A DNA stretch of 9,792 bases from Octopus sinensis (lineage: Eukaryota). The notes under the pieces were generated by a model that saw only the letters and a program-made list of their open reading frames with translations, ran no database searches and was not told the origin of the DNA. The stretch lies in contig NW_021827483.1 in NCBI RefSeq assembly GCF_006345805.1, positions 1-9,792 on the forward strand, in the 5' to 3' direction. Below, piece after piece: positions 9,201 through 9,792 of this stretch. How positions within the stretch are numbered: position 1 is the stretch's first letter; each line of letters opens with the position of its first letter. The position numbers and the translations under genes were made by a program.

Positions 9201-9792
9201 TCAAACATGGGCATTCTGAGCTGATGAGAAGGGTCGATTTTGGCTAATCTTGAAACGTACGTACTCAAATAACCTTTGCATTTGATTTTTTAATGTCTCT
9301 ACCCTCATACTTTCTTGAGTTGAATTGAGCAAACACTATATGAGAGAGGTTTTCTTTAAGTGTTAGAAATATTTTTTTTAGCTGCTATTTCTAACGAGTT
9401 CAGTATGCGGCAAAGTAATTTATTTTACTAAGCCCTTTTATATAATGTAATAATTTGAATTTGCCTTAAGGTCCCTTTGCATACTGAATACTTGGTGAAA
9501 TTGATTAATTAATTAATTAATTTTACCCTCAATTGTTGAAATTATAATTCATCTCTCTCTACTTAATTGTCTCGGATTTTACCGAAAAAAGCATAGTGTT
9601 TGCTGATTTTAACCCACGCTGGTGGAAAGGGGAGAACAGAAATTTTTCTCTTGCATATTTGAGTTAGCTAGCACTGTTAGTTTGGAACAGATCTTCAGAA
9701 GCGATAACAAGCCGAAAGGGTATGCTCCCATTTTCAGTGTTTTCAAACTCAACATGGGCATTCTGAGCTGATGAGAGAAGGGTCGATTTTGG
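3273..9792 (-). repeat. Same ~552-bp monomer in reverse-complement orientation: 207-bp partial copy, 11 full copies, 253-bp partial copy; open at the right window edge
   Basis: The reverse anchor CCCTCAATTGTTGA ends at 3479, 4027, 4580, 5128, 5679, 6231, 6784, 7335, 7885, 8439, 8994 and 9539 (full copies 545-555 bp). The same ORF translations appear with strands swapped. Confidence 0.98.

Noticed and set aside
4028-9539. Regular 5-mer higher-order repeat
   Set aside because: Only one adjacent pair of copies matches at 5-unit spacing. The copies at 3480 vs 6232 and 5129 vs 7886 differ at diagnostic sites.
1-9792. CRISPR array
   Set aside because: The whole 552-bp unit repeats. There are no unique spacers between short repeats and no cas genes.

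Overview
The whole window is one AT-rich (about 34% GC, hand count of copy 1) tandem repeat family with a monomer of about 552 bp, about 17.7 copies in total, and no credible gene. It looks like satellite DNA, most likely eukaryotic, but the taxon cannot be determined from the sequence. Copies run on + from 1 to 3267 and on - from 3273 to 9792, so the array switches orientation once. The switch sits at a 12-bp inverted repeat internal to the monomer. It carries a 5-nt insert (ATATG) that forms a small snap-back palindrome, and it turns the region into a quasi-palindrome with arms of about 3 kb around a 305-bp spacer. The two arms are not mirror copies at diagnostic variants, which argues against a simple fold-back read artefact. 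The monomer itself is rich in inverted repeats: four arm pairs plus an 18-bp (TTAA)n palindrome. Recurrent variants define sub-haplotypes, and one of them converts an imperfect internal inverted repeat into a perfect one. All listed ORFs are short, overlapping by-products of the repeat and are rejected as CDS.
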